From Candidatus Zixiibacteriota bacterium (lineage in GTDB: Bacteria > Zixibacteria > MSB-5A5 > GN15 > JAAZOE01): a DNA stretch of 64,000 nt. Shown piece by piece: positions 46,557 through 55,077 of this stretch. The first letter of the stretch is position 1. Each line of letters starts with the position of its first letter. A program made the position numbers and the translations under genes. The stretch covers positions 160,381 to 224,380 of the forward strand of contig JAGLON010000018.1 of NCBI GenBank assembly GCA_023138975.1, read 5' to 3'. The notes below the pieces were generated by a model. It saw only the letters and a list, made by a program, of their open reading frames with translations. It was not told the origin of the DNA and did no database searches.

Positions 46557-46577
46557 GTAACACTTGTCTAAAATACT

Positions 46578-49076
46578 TTACTTCTGTGATTCTTTGACCA
46601 GCTCCGTGTATTGATCTATCAAGACTTTCAGGGCATCTTCGGATTCGGACTCGGCGAAAACCGTGAAGGCCGCCGTGAGCCGGTCAGGAACGACTAAGAC
46701 AGTTCCGCCGTCTTCAAAGACTCGCACACCGTCGATTAACTGGCGGTTCTTATTATCGGTTTCGCTTATCAAGGTTCGCATGACCTGCCCTTTTTTGCCC
46801 CAGGGACATGGTACCGATACGGTTCGGCGGACATAGCCGGAATGTTCTTCGCGCATATCGGAAAGATTAAGTTCTGAACTGGCCATCATTTCAAGCAGAT
46901 GCGCCGTCGCGAACATAGCATCGGCTCCGATTTGGAATCCGGGGAAAATGAAACCTCCGAGGGTACCACCGACAAAGTCAGCTCCCTGACGAATATGAGC
47001 ATCCATCATCGCCAGATGGTCGTTGCGTACCCGGATGACTTCAACATCATAGCGTTCTGCTATTTTCTCGACACCCATTGAGGCGGCGACCGGAACGGCT
47101 ATGCGCCGGGCGTTGTGATTTTTAAGGTATAGGTCAGTAATCATTAAAAGCAGCATTTGAGAACCAATAGCTGTTCCGGTACGATCGATTACAGTCATTT
47201 TTTCTGCGGCGGGATTTATCATGACACCCAAGTCAGCCGAAAGAGCGGTAACAATAGTGGACAACTGCCCGATCTTCTCATCGGAACTGCGGGAATGCTC
47301 AGAGGCGCGCGATGGATTCGGGAAGGCGTTTAAGCTAATAGCGTCGATTCCGAGGGCTGATGTTATTTCCGGAAAAAACTGTCCGGCCGAGCCATAGGAA
47401 TAGTCGATGACGATGCGAAAATCTTTATGTTTTACTTTATCCCGGTTGATGGACCGGAGGAATTCCGCTTTATAGTTTTTGAAAAGCCCTTCCTGCAGTT
47501 CCAGATGGCCGGTTTCGGCCATTGAAGCTCGCGGGAAATCCTCATTGGCAAACGAACGCTCGACCTTCTTGGCTTTGGCGGTCGGGAGGTCAAGGCCGGA
47601 GGCATCGAGGAAAATTATATCAACCATGTTGTAGTTGGCCGGGTTGTGACGGAGATAAACTCCGGCGCCGTAATTGCCGTTTTTCAGCGCATGGCGCAAA
47701 ACAGGTGAGGGGAGAATTTCGAGATCATCAACATCAACACCGGTGGCCATCAGTCCGCACATGATCGAGCGTTTTAACAGCCGGGTGGCATCGGAAGCGT
47801 CACGACTGGCGACAATGCGTTGATTGCGTCCCAGAGAAGCTCCGAAAGCGGCTCCGAGTTTAACCGCCATTTCCGGAGTTATTTCGGTCAGTCCCAAGCC
47901 GGAAACTTTTGAATCGGTAAACAGTTCACGGTTCCATTTTTCGCCCCAGACAATGGATGATGAGACGACCGCGCCTTCATCGACGATTTTTCCCGGCCAG
48001 ATTTTGCAGTTGGCTCGAATACTGGCTCCGGCTCCAATTTTACAATCATCAGATATAACGGCCCGGTCCAAAATAGATGATTCGCGTCCGATTTGTACTC
48101 GATTGGTAATGATGGAACTTGATATTGAGGTCAGGTCGCCGATGTTTGTATCCGACCAGATAGTCGTGTCGGATATCTTGGCTTCCGCGCCAATCACTAC
48201 CTTGGCTCCTATGATGGAGTTTCCAATAATAGCACCTCGGCCAATATGGGAGCCATCGCCAAGAAAAACGGTTCCGGTAAAAGTCACTTTGTCGGCGATA
48301 TCCACGTTTTTTCCTTGATAGACAACAGTATCACCCTGCTCAGTGCGTTCATCGGTTTGATAGATTGTCACATCCCCGTCGAGGATGTCCTGCTGGGCAT
48401 GAGTATATTCGTCGATGTTACCGATATCGCGCCAGTAGCCTTGCGATATCTTACCGAGGAGATTCATCTCTTTCTGGAGCATGATGGGGAATAGATTTTG
48501 AGAAAAATCAAAATTTGTTTTGGGCGGTATGAGTTTAACCGTATCCGGTTCGAGAATGTAAATTCCGGTATTGATAGTATCGGAGAACATCTCGCCCCAG
48601 GACGGTTTTTCCATAAATCTGGTGATGCGGTTGTTTTTATCGGTGATAACAATACCATAGGCCAGCGGATTTTCGAGCCTCGTGAGTACGATAGAGGCAT
48701 CGCCGTTATTTGCCTTGTGAAAATCGACAGCTTCGGTCAGGTTAAAATCGGTCAGGACGTCGCCGGAAATAATAAGAGTTGTTTCGTCGCAAAAATCGGA
48801 TGCCGCGCGTACGGCTCCGGCTGTTCCGTAATCCTGATCGGGAAGCATATAATTCATTTTGACGCCAAATTTTCGGCCGTCCTTAAAGTAGTCGGTGATA
48901 ATTTCATGCTGGAAGAAGAGCAATGTCATGATTTCATCGAATCCGTTTTCGCGGCAGAGATTGACGACGTGTTCCATCATCGGCAGGTTACCGATTGGTA
49001 CCATCGGTTTGGGCATGTTAATGGTCAGGGGCCGCAAGCGGGTCCCGAATCCTCCGGCCATGATTATTGCTTTCAC
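46578..49076 (-). CDS. sugar-phosphate nucleotidyltransferase (NTP_transferase + left-handed beta-helix) fused to a degenerate phosphohexomutase-like domain
   Basis: N-terminus MKAIIMAGGFGTRLRPLT. Hexapeptide-repeat middle region. The C-terminal PGM/PMM-like fold has YLRHNP in place of TASHNP and INPAAEK in place of DGDGDR. Confidence 0.8.
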   Translation of the reverse strand: MKAIIMAGGFGTRLRPLTINMPKPMVPIGNLPMMEHVVNLCRENGFDEIMTLLFFQHEIITDYFKDGRKFGVKMNYMLPDQDYGTAGAVRAASDFCDETTLIISGDVLTDFNLTEAVDFHKANNGDASIVLTRLENPLAYGIVITDKNNRITRFMEKPSWGEMFSDTINTGIYILEPDTVKLIPPKTNFDFSQNLFPIMLQKEMNLLGKISQGYWRDIGNIDEYTHAQQDILDGDVTIYQTDERTEQGDTVVYQGKNVDIADKVTFTGTVFLGDGSHIGRGAIIGNSIIGAKVVIGAEAKISDTTIWSDTNIGDLTSISSSIITNRVQIGRESSILDRAVISDDCKIGAGASIRANCKIWPGKIVDEGAVVSSSIVWGEKWNRELFTDSKVSGLGLTEITPEMAVKLGAAFGASLGRNQRIVASRDASDATRLLKRSIMCGLMATGVDVDDLEILPSPVLRHALKNGNYGAGVYLRHNPANYNMVDIIFLDASGLDLPTAKAKKVERSFANEDFPRASMAETGHLELQEGLFKNYKAEFLRSINRDKVKHKDFRIVIDYSYGSAGQFFPEITSALGIDAISLNAFPNPSRASEHSRSSDEKIGQLSTIVTALSADLGVMINPAAEKMTVIDRTGTAIGSQMLLLMITDLYLKNHNARRIAVPVAASMGVEKIAERYDVEVIRVRNDHLAMMDAHIRQGADFVGGTLGGFIFPGFQIGADAMFATAHLLEMMASSELNLSDMREEHSGYVRRTVSVPCPWGKKGQVMRTLISETDNKNRQLIDGVRVFEDGGTVLVVPDRLTAAFTVFAESESEDALKVLIDQYTELVKESQK

Positions 49077-49100
49077 GATTATTTTCCTTCTCAGTGTAAA

Positions 49101-49793
49101 TTAAATCAAATTGGGAAATTGCTCGGTTAACAGCTTTGTTATACCAGAAAAATTGTCAAATGGCAAGAATTCTATTTTTTTCTCATGGCAGTAATTAGCT
49201 AAGTAATCTTTGGCGAAAATAATATCCGCCTCCGGCAGGGCGCACAGATCCGACTTGCCGTCACCAATATATATAGAAGTGTGACCCTCCGGGCAAAGCG
49301 TTTTGATATGATAGCCCTTGCAATTGGCACAACTGCCGCAGGAATGCTCGAAGTATGGAAACTCAAATTTAAATCCATCAGGTGTCACGATAGCTTTATT
49401 GGCAAACACAGGAATACCGTTGATGTTGTTATTAGCCAATATGCGGTTTATATATAAATCGAGACCGTCGGACAGCAAATAGAGCGGTATATCATTCCGG
49501 CGAATTAGAGAGAGAAATTCATGAAAAGAAGTATCGATTTCAAATGAATCGATAAACTCAAACAGTTCATCGGCGGTAAACGGTCTCATCGAAGCGGCTT
49601 CACCAATAAGGCATTGGCGCGAGTCGATCTCATTTCGCTGCCATTTACCGACGGTTTCCTCAGATTTTCCCTGAGAGAAATGGTGGAAAAGTCTGTTGCC
49701 GACATCCTGAGTCGATATTGTGCCGTCGAAATCCGAAAAAACTACCAGATTATGATTTGTCCCGTTACTTTTCATAAGGATTATATACGCCAA
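49101..49793 (-). CDS. HAD-IB phosphatase (MtnX/PSPase-like)
   Basis: VVFSDFDGTIS (DxDxT), SDGLDLYI, YIGDGKSD. Confidence 0.75.
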   Translation of the reverse strand: MAYIILMKSNGTNHNLVVFSDFDGTISTQDVGNRLFHHFSQGKSEETVGKWQRNEIDSRQCLIGEAASMRPFTADELFEFIDSFEIDTSFHEFLSLIRRNDIPLYLLSDGLDLYINRILANNNINGIPVFANKAIVTPDGFKFEFPYFEHSCGSCANCKGYHIKTLCPEGHTSIYIGDGKSDLCALPEADIIFAKDYLANYCHEKKIEFLPFDNFSGITKLLTEQFPNLI

Positions 49794-49832
49794 TTATGGC
49801 ATTTGCGCATGTTAAAATTGTGTTAGCTTTAC

Positions 49833-49861
49833 AAAAAAAGCCCGGTGTGACCGGGCTTTTT
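49833..49861 (-). terminator. rho-independent terminator after the cyclophilin gene
   Basis: aaaaagcccgg-tgtga-ccgggcttttt; T-run on the minus strand. Confidence 0.8.
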
Positions 49862-49883
49862 GAGATTTATCTGTATTCGGTAA

Positions 49884-50564
49884 TTATGGTTTTTCGATGC
49901 GGACCACATCCAGAATCAACACCGGTTCGACCGGAACATCTCCATGGCCTGCCTGCCTGTGAGTTTTTACAGCCTTAATGATATCGACAACATCCAGACC
50001 CTCGATGACTTTTCCGAAGACAGCGTAGCCGGCGCCATCGCTCTGTTTCATATCCAGGTTGCGGTTGTCCTTGACGTTAATAAAGAACTGGTTGCTTGCC
50101 GAATGGATATTTCCGCCGCGGCGGGCCATGGCGATCGTACCGCGCAGATTCTGGAGGTCGTTGCCCCATTCGTTCTTAATCTCAGGCTTGGTCGGGCGCT
50201 TGGTCATGTCGGCGTTGAAGCCGCCGCCCTGAATCATAAAATTGGAGATAACACGATGGAAAATAGTGCTGTCGTAAGAATTTTCATCAACATAATCGAG
50301 GAAATTCTTGACCGTAATAGGAGCCTTCTCACGGTTGAGTTCGATAATAATATCACCTTTGGAGGTCACCATCTTTACGTACTCAAGAGCATTGCCTTCA
50401 GATTCCGAATTGATATCTTTTTGTGATCTAATTTCCACTTTTTTCACCTTTACTTTACCGTCAGTTGAATTTTTAATTTGACCGAATCCGATTGAGGTCA
50501 GGCCGAATATCATTAGCATAAAAGCCATCCCGAAAAATACCAGTTGTTTGTTTCCTAAACGCAT
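49884..50564 (-). CDS. periplasmic cyclophilin-type peptidyl-prolyl isomerase
   Basis: Signal/anchor helix. FHRVISNFMIQGGGF and GTIAMARR. Confidence 0.9.
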   Translation of the reverse strand: MRLGNKQLVFFGMAFMLMIFGLTSIGFGQIKNSTDGKVKVKKVEIRSQKDINSESEGNALEYVKMVTSKGDIIIELNREKAPITVKNFLDYVDENSYDSTIFHRVISNFMIQGGGFNADMTKRPTKPEIKNEWGNDLQNLRGTIAMARRGGNIHSASNQFFINVKDNRNLDMKQSDGAGYAVFGKVIEGLDVVDIIKAVKTHRQAGHGDVPVEPVLILDVVRIEKP

Positions 50565-50728
50565 ATGCAGTTATCCTTTCGCTTCACAAGTAATTTGGGT
50601 CTTGAAGTTCTCCTCAGCAACCTCAGTAATCTACACAATTATACGTCAAAATCAAGAAATCAGTCTCTGAAAAAATGAACAATTTTATAAGTTCCCGATA
50701 TGCCTGAATATAAATCTCTATCTAATTC

Positions 50729-52321
50729 CTACTGAATATCTGAAACAAGCTCACTACTTGGCTCTAATATATTTTTGTACTCATCGGGGTTTAGGAGGAT
50801 TTTGGAAGCGAGTCTAATGTCTGAGCGCCCCGGGACAATAACATGTTTATAAGATGCCGTTTGTCCTTCATTTTGCTCAACGACTAATCTTCGAATATGA
50901 TAAAGTAAAAATTCTTTTTGCCTGACAAAGGCCCTTGAGTCTATTATTTCCGAATGCTGACGGAGCTTGTTTAACTGCTTTATGACGGCATCTGAAGCCT
51001 CCTCAACCGCCTGTCGCATAATTGCCAGGGCTATGACGTCAGTTGTAGAGGAGGAATATTTGACGTTTTGGGCTTTAAGGAAGTTTCCAAACAGAGTGAC
51101 AACCGAATCCGGATAGGCGAACTCATGCGGTAGCGAGGACAGAAACTCACGATGCTCCTCGATAAAATCATAAAGTAGAAACCCGGAGAGAAGGAGTCGT
51201 TGAAAGGAAATTTCGGCGTTTCCCATATGAATAATATCGGGAGCCAGCCCGGAAAAAGCGAGAGCCGAATCGGGCGGATTTAGAAATCGGCCGTCGGCAA
51301 AATAATATCTTGAAGTTGTCAACCGGATAGCGTCGCCGTTAGAAAGTCCAAAAACCGATTGAACCAGACCTTTGCCAAATGTAGTATCGCCGACAACAAC
51401 GGCGCGATTAACGCCCCGGAGTGCTCCGGAGAATATCTCGGCGGCGGAGGCTGAGCCTTGATTAGTTAGAATGACTATCGGTTTAGCGGTGAGCGGATCA
51501 GAACTGGAAAACAGTTCCCGTTTTTCCCATTTGGATCTGCTGTCGGTACCGACAATCAAATCACCGTCATTCATGAAAACATCAGCAGCGTCGATTGCCT
51601 CATACAGATATCCGCCGGGATTGTTCTTCAAATCTATGATATAGCCGACCGGGTTTTGTTTTTCCAATACTTCAATCTGTTCGTAGATATCCTCGGCTGC
51701 TCCGGCTTCGAAGTCGGTCACATGAATATAGGCTACACCATCATCATTCAAACCGGCATAGGGAATATGCACAAGCTTAATTGATTCGCGGATAATTTCC
51801 AGTTTCAGAATGTCGGAAAGCGAGGGACGGTAAACCGAAATGGCGACGGTAGTACCGGATTCACCTCGAATGTGATCGGTAACAGAACGGGGATCATCGT
51901 GCGGAACATCCACACTATCGACCCGAATAATATAGTCACCGCTTCTCATGCCTCCGATAAAGGCGGGGCCGTCCGTGCGTACCGAGAGAACCATCAATAG
52001 AGTATCTCTGGGCGCGACAGTTATGCCGATACCGCCGTATTTTCCTGACGATTCCTCACGCATCTGGCTATAATCATTCTTGGCCATTCTAAAGGAGAAT
52101 GGATCAAGAGTACCGAAGAGAGCGTTTTCGGCGGCATGCAGAGCCGTTCCTTGCGAGAATGGGAGAGGGTATCTTTCGGCGATTAGATGTGCAGCTGCGG
52201 TAAAAGTAATAGTCTGATGAAGCATCGGATCTCCGATAAGAGATAGCCCGGCGAGAAATAATGTAAGGAAAATAGCAATGGCCGAAACGAATCCGACAAT
52301 AATGGCTTTTTTATCCGGCAA
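50729..52321 (-). CDS. S41 C-terminal processing peptidase (Ctp-like) with PDZ domain
   Basis: DLKNNPGGYL, TNQGSASAAEIF (Ser), TTFGKGLVQ (Lys). N-terminal TM anchor. Confidence 0.85.
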   Translation of the reverse strand: MPDKKAIIVGFVSAIAIFLTLFLAGLSLIGDPMLHQTITFTAAAHLIAERYPLPFSQGTALHAAENALFGTLDPFSFRMAKNDYSQMREESSGKYGGIGITVAPRDTLLMVLSVRTDGPAFIGGMRSGDYIIRVDSVDVPHDDPRSVTDHIRGESGTTVAISVYRPSLSDILKLEIIRESIKLVHIPYAGLNDDGVAYIHVTDFEAGAAEDIYEQIEVLEKQNPVGYIIDLKNNPGGYLYEAIDAADVFMNDGDLIVGTDSRSKWEKRELFSSSDPLTAKPIVILTNQGSASAAEIFSGALRGVNRAVVVGDTTFGKGLVQSVFGLSNGDAIRLTTSRYYFADGRFLNPPDSALAFSGLAPDIIHMGNAEISFQRLLLSGFLLYDFIEEHREFLSSLPHEFAYPDSVVTLFGNFLKAQNVKYSSSTTDVIALAIMRQAVEEASDAVIKQLNKLRQHSEIIDSRAFVRQKEFLLYHIRRLVVEQNEGQTASYKHVIVPGRSDIRLASKILLNPDEYKNILEPSSELVSDIQ

Positions 52322-52949
52322 GTTTAATTTTCTTTCCGGCCACAGCCTTTTGGACGACGGTTAAAACCTGTTCGGATAATGTCTCGATATCCTTTTTACC
52401 ATTCAGTAGAATGATTCGTCTTTTTCCGGCTAACTCTTTAAATCCCTTGCGCACCCGGTTAAAGAATGCCTGCTTCTCTTTTTCGAGCCGATCTGGGGTT
52501 TTATTCCGACGGCTAAGGGAGGTCTGGTAGTTAACATCAAAGACAAAAGTGATATCAGGAGTGGTATAGTAGCTGGCGACCCTATTGAGGCGATTAATAA
52601 AGTTGATATCAAGTTTTCTGCCATATCCCTGATAGGCGATAGTCGAGTCATAGTAACGGTCGCATATAACAATTCCGTTTGATTCTAAAACCGGCAGGAT
52701 TTTTTTGGCAGTGATTTGAGCTCGGGCCGCTTCATATAACAGTAGTTCGGCTTCAGGGTTTATATCGAGATTACGATCAAGCAGAATTTTTCTAATTTTT
52801 TCCGATACCGGAGTTCCTCCCGGTTCACGCAGCAGTACAACCGGATAGCCTTCTTTTTTTAAAAGACTGAATGCTTTTTTGGCTTGAGTGGATTTGCCGC
52901 AGCCGTCGATACCCTCGAAAGTTATAAATAGTCCGTTTCGTTTTTTCAT
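52311..52949 (-). CDS. tmk: thymidylate kinase
   Basis: MKKRNGLFITFEGIDGCGKSTQ. Start set at 52949 because a strong terminator (52984-53013) lies inside the longer ORF-track extension. Confidence 0.9.
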   Translation of the reverse strand: MKKRNGLFITFEGIDGCGKSTQAKKAFSLLKKEGYPVVLLREPGGTPVSEKIRKILLDRNLDINPEAELLLYEAARAQITAKKILPVLESNGIVICDRYYDSTIAYQGYGRKLDINFINRLNRVASYYTTPDITFVFDVNYQTSLSRRNKTPDRLEKEKQAFFNRVRKGFKELAGKRRIILLNGKKDIETLSEQVLTVVQKAVAGKKIKLAG

Positions 52950-52983
52950 ATTACTCAATACGCTGATTCCCGATAAATACCCA

Positions 52984-53013
52984 CAAAAAAAGGCGGCCAT
53001 TATATGACCGCCT
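52984..53013 (-). terminator. rho-independent terminator after the inositol-1-phosphate synthase gene
   Basis: Minus strand reads aggcggtcatataatggccgcct followed by TTTTTTTG. Confidence 0.75.
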
Positions 53014-53030
53014 CTAAAGTACAAAAATTA

Positions 53031-54215
53031 TTAAGCTAATTCAGCTTTTTTTTTGCGAGAAGCAGCTTTCTTCTTGGCTGGAGTTTTTTTAGCAGAGCCC
53101 TTAATAGTCAGGCGAGAAGTTTTCTTTTTACTCTTCTGACCGTACTTTTCAATGAACTCTTCAACCATCTCGCGAGCTTCATCATCTCGGTATTGGACCG
53201 GAGGTGATTTTTTGAAATAGGCTGATGGAGCCAGGAGGGCGCCTTTGAGGCCGTTATCCAGACCCAGTTTACAACAGCGTACGGCATCAATGACGACACC
53301 GGCTGAGTTGGGGCTGTCCCAGACCTCAAGTTTTAATTCGCAATTTAAAGGGACGTTACCAAAGGTAGTACCTTCAAGGCGAATATAAGCCCATTTGCGG
53401 TCATCAAGCCATTGGACGTAATCGGACGGGCCGATATGGACGTTCTTGGCGCCGATATCATAATCCAGCTGGCTGGTGACAGCGTTGGTTTTGGAGATTT
53501 TTTTGGATTCTAGACGTTCACGCTCAAGCATGTTCAAAAAGTCGGTGTTGCCGCCGACGTTAAGCTGGCTGGTACGTTCGAGTTTGACACCACGATCTAA
53601 AAACAGGCGGGTCAGGATACGGTGGACGATAGTCGCACCAACCTGAGATTTAATATCGTCGCCGATAACCGGCAGGCCTTTTTCCTCAAATCTCTTCTGC
53701 CAATACTGCTCTCTGGCAATAAAGACCGGGATGCAGTTAACGAATCCGCAACCGGCTTCAAGAATCTGCTCGACATACCATTTGGTGGCATGTTCAGAAC
53801 CGACTGGAAGATAACTGATGACAACGTCAGTTTTTGTATCTTTTAGCAGTTTGACGATATCAACCGTATCGCCGGGGGCTTTCGTGATGATTTCGCTGAG
53901 ATATTTGCCGAGACCGTCGTGGGTCATACCGCGCTGAACTGTGATGCCGGTTTTGGGGACATCACAGAACTTGTAAGTATTGTTCGGTTTGGTGTAGATT
54001 GCTTCGGCCAGGTCTTTACCGACTTTGTTGGCGTCAATATCAATAGCAGCGGAAAATTCGATATCCGAGATATGATAACCGCCAAGGTTAACATGCATTA
54101 AGCCGGGGACAAAATCCTTGTCGTCGGCATCTTTGTAAAAATGTACGCCCTGGACTAATGACGAGGCGCAGTTACCGACGCCGATAATGGCGACTCTTAC
54201 TTTTCTATTAGCCAT
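53031..54215 (-). CDS. myo-inositol-1-phosphate synthase with a Lys/Ala-rich C-terminal tail
   Basis: [23 protein letters not shown] (Rossmann), [22 protein letters not shown] at 54215 with GAGGAGA RBS. Tail [34 protein letters not shown]. Confidence 0.85.
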   Translation of the reverse strand: MANRKVRVAIIGVGNCASSLVQGVHFYKDADDKDFVPGLMHVNLGGYHISDIEFSAAIDIDANKVGKDLAEAIYTKPNNTYKFCDVPKTGITVQRGMTHDGLGKYLSEIITKAPGDTVDIVKLLKDTKTDVVISYLPVGSEHATKWYVEQILEAGCGFVNCIPVFIAREQYWQKRFEEKGLPVIGDDIKSQVGATIVHRILTRLFLDRGVKLERTSQLNVGGNTDFLNMLERERLESKKISKTNAVTSQLDYDIGAKNVHIGPSDYVQWLDDRKWAYIRLEGTTFGNVPLNCELKLEVWDSPNSAGVVIDAVRCCKLGLDNGLKGALLAPSAYFKKSPPVQYRDDEAREMVEEFIEKYGQKSKKKTSRLTIKGSAKKTPAKKKAASRKKKAELA

Positions 54216-54495
54216 TGTATTCTCCTCTTCCCTGAAAAGGGCTATAATTAAATACTTTATTGTCGCTAATTGTGGCACGAATATATAGTAGTACCCAAAA
54301 GATTGCAAATTGTTTCAAGTAATTATTACATGTATATACATAGAATAATAGGGTCAATTAACTGATACAAGATGGAGTCCGTTTTACAGTCTTTATGTAA
54401 GGATGAGTTAAATGCTTGGTAACATATTGTAATACAGTAAGATATGTGTGTTGTGGTAAACGATATGAGAGAGTATCTCTATGTTGATATTCTGT

Positions 54496-54524
54496 TTGAC
54501 ATATTATCTGTATATACATATAAT
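54496..54524 (+). promoter_or_regulatory. consensus sigma-70 promoter (TTGACA-17-TATAAT) of the marR-family gene, with the TGTATATACA palindrome in its spacer
   Basis: ttgaca at 54496-54501 and tataat at 54519-54524. The ATG at 54530 lies only 5 nt after the -10 box, so the mRNA is probably leaderless. Confidence 0.5.
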
Positions 54525-54529
54525 AAACA

Positions 54530-54964
54530 ATGGATGATAAAATTGCAAAAGATCTGGATAAATTGTTGTGCTTCTTGTGGGCAAAACGCCAGACAATGCT
54601 GCGTTATTACCTCAAGGATAAATCTGACTATAGCAGTCCTGTGCATACTCCCGAGCAGTTTTCTATTATCACTATTTTGGATGCCTACGGTCATGGTGTT
54701 CCGGTCAAGGATATTGCTTCGCAAATTGATATCCCACATTCCAATGTCTCAAGGACTTTGGATGGGCTGGAAAAACGGGGTTTGATACGGAGAACAAAAG
54801 GAAAAACCGACCGCAGGGAGGTTAGTATTCATTTAACTCTTCAGGGGAAAAAGGCAGCGCGATTTGTGGGCGATGTTTCCTCGCGGCTGCTCAAGGCTAT
54901 GTGGGGGGACTTACCCGAAAATGAGACAACCCAACTCTATGAAACCCTGCTGAAAGTAATCTGA
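54530..54964 (+). CDS. MarR-family transcriptional regulator
   Basis: ITILDAYGHGVPVKDIASQIDIPHSNVSRTLDGLEKRGLIRR...DRREV winged-helix pattern. Confidence 0.85.
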   Translation: MDDKIAKDLDKLLCFLWAKRQTMLRYYLKDKSDYSSPVHTPEQFSIITILDAYGHGVPVKDIASQIDIPHSNVSRTLDGLEKRGLIRRTKGKTDRREVSIHLTLQGKKAARFVGDVSSRLLKAMWGDLPENETTQLYETLLKVI

Positions 54965-54979
54965 ATGATTTAGGTGCGC

Positions 54980-55008
54980 TTGACATGATGGCGCCATGTT
55001 CATAATAT
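54980..55008 (+). promoter_or_regulatory. candidate sigma-70 promoter (TTGACA-17-TAATAT) of the TonB-dependent receptor gene, with palindrome ATGGCGCCAT in its spacer
   Basis: ttgaca at 54980-54985, taatat at 55003-55008, palindrome at 54988-54997. Confidence 0.45.
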
Positions 55009-55077
55009 TGTCCTCAATGATAGAGATGAGAATAAGTTAGCCCCTGTTTGCTGAACCGAGTAAAGGATCGTTTTGTA

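Noticed and set aside
46578-54215. NTP-transferase, HAD phosphatase and inositol-1-phosphate synthase as a compatible-solute (for example di-myo-inositol phosphate) pathway
   Set aside because: The genes are separated by unrelated housekeeping genes and terminators (49833-49861, 52984-53013). No CDP-alcohol phosphatidyltransferase (DIPPS-like) gene is present.
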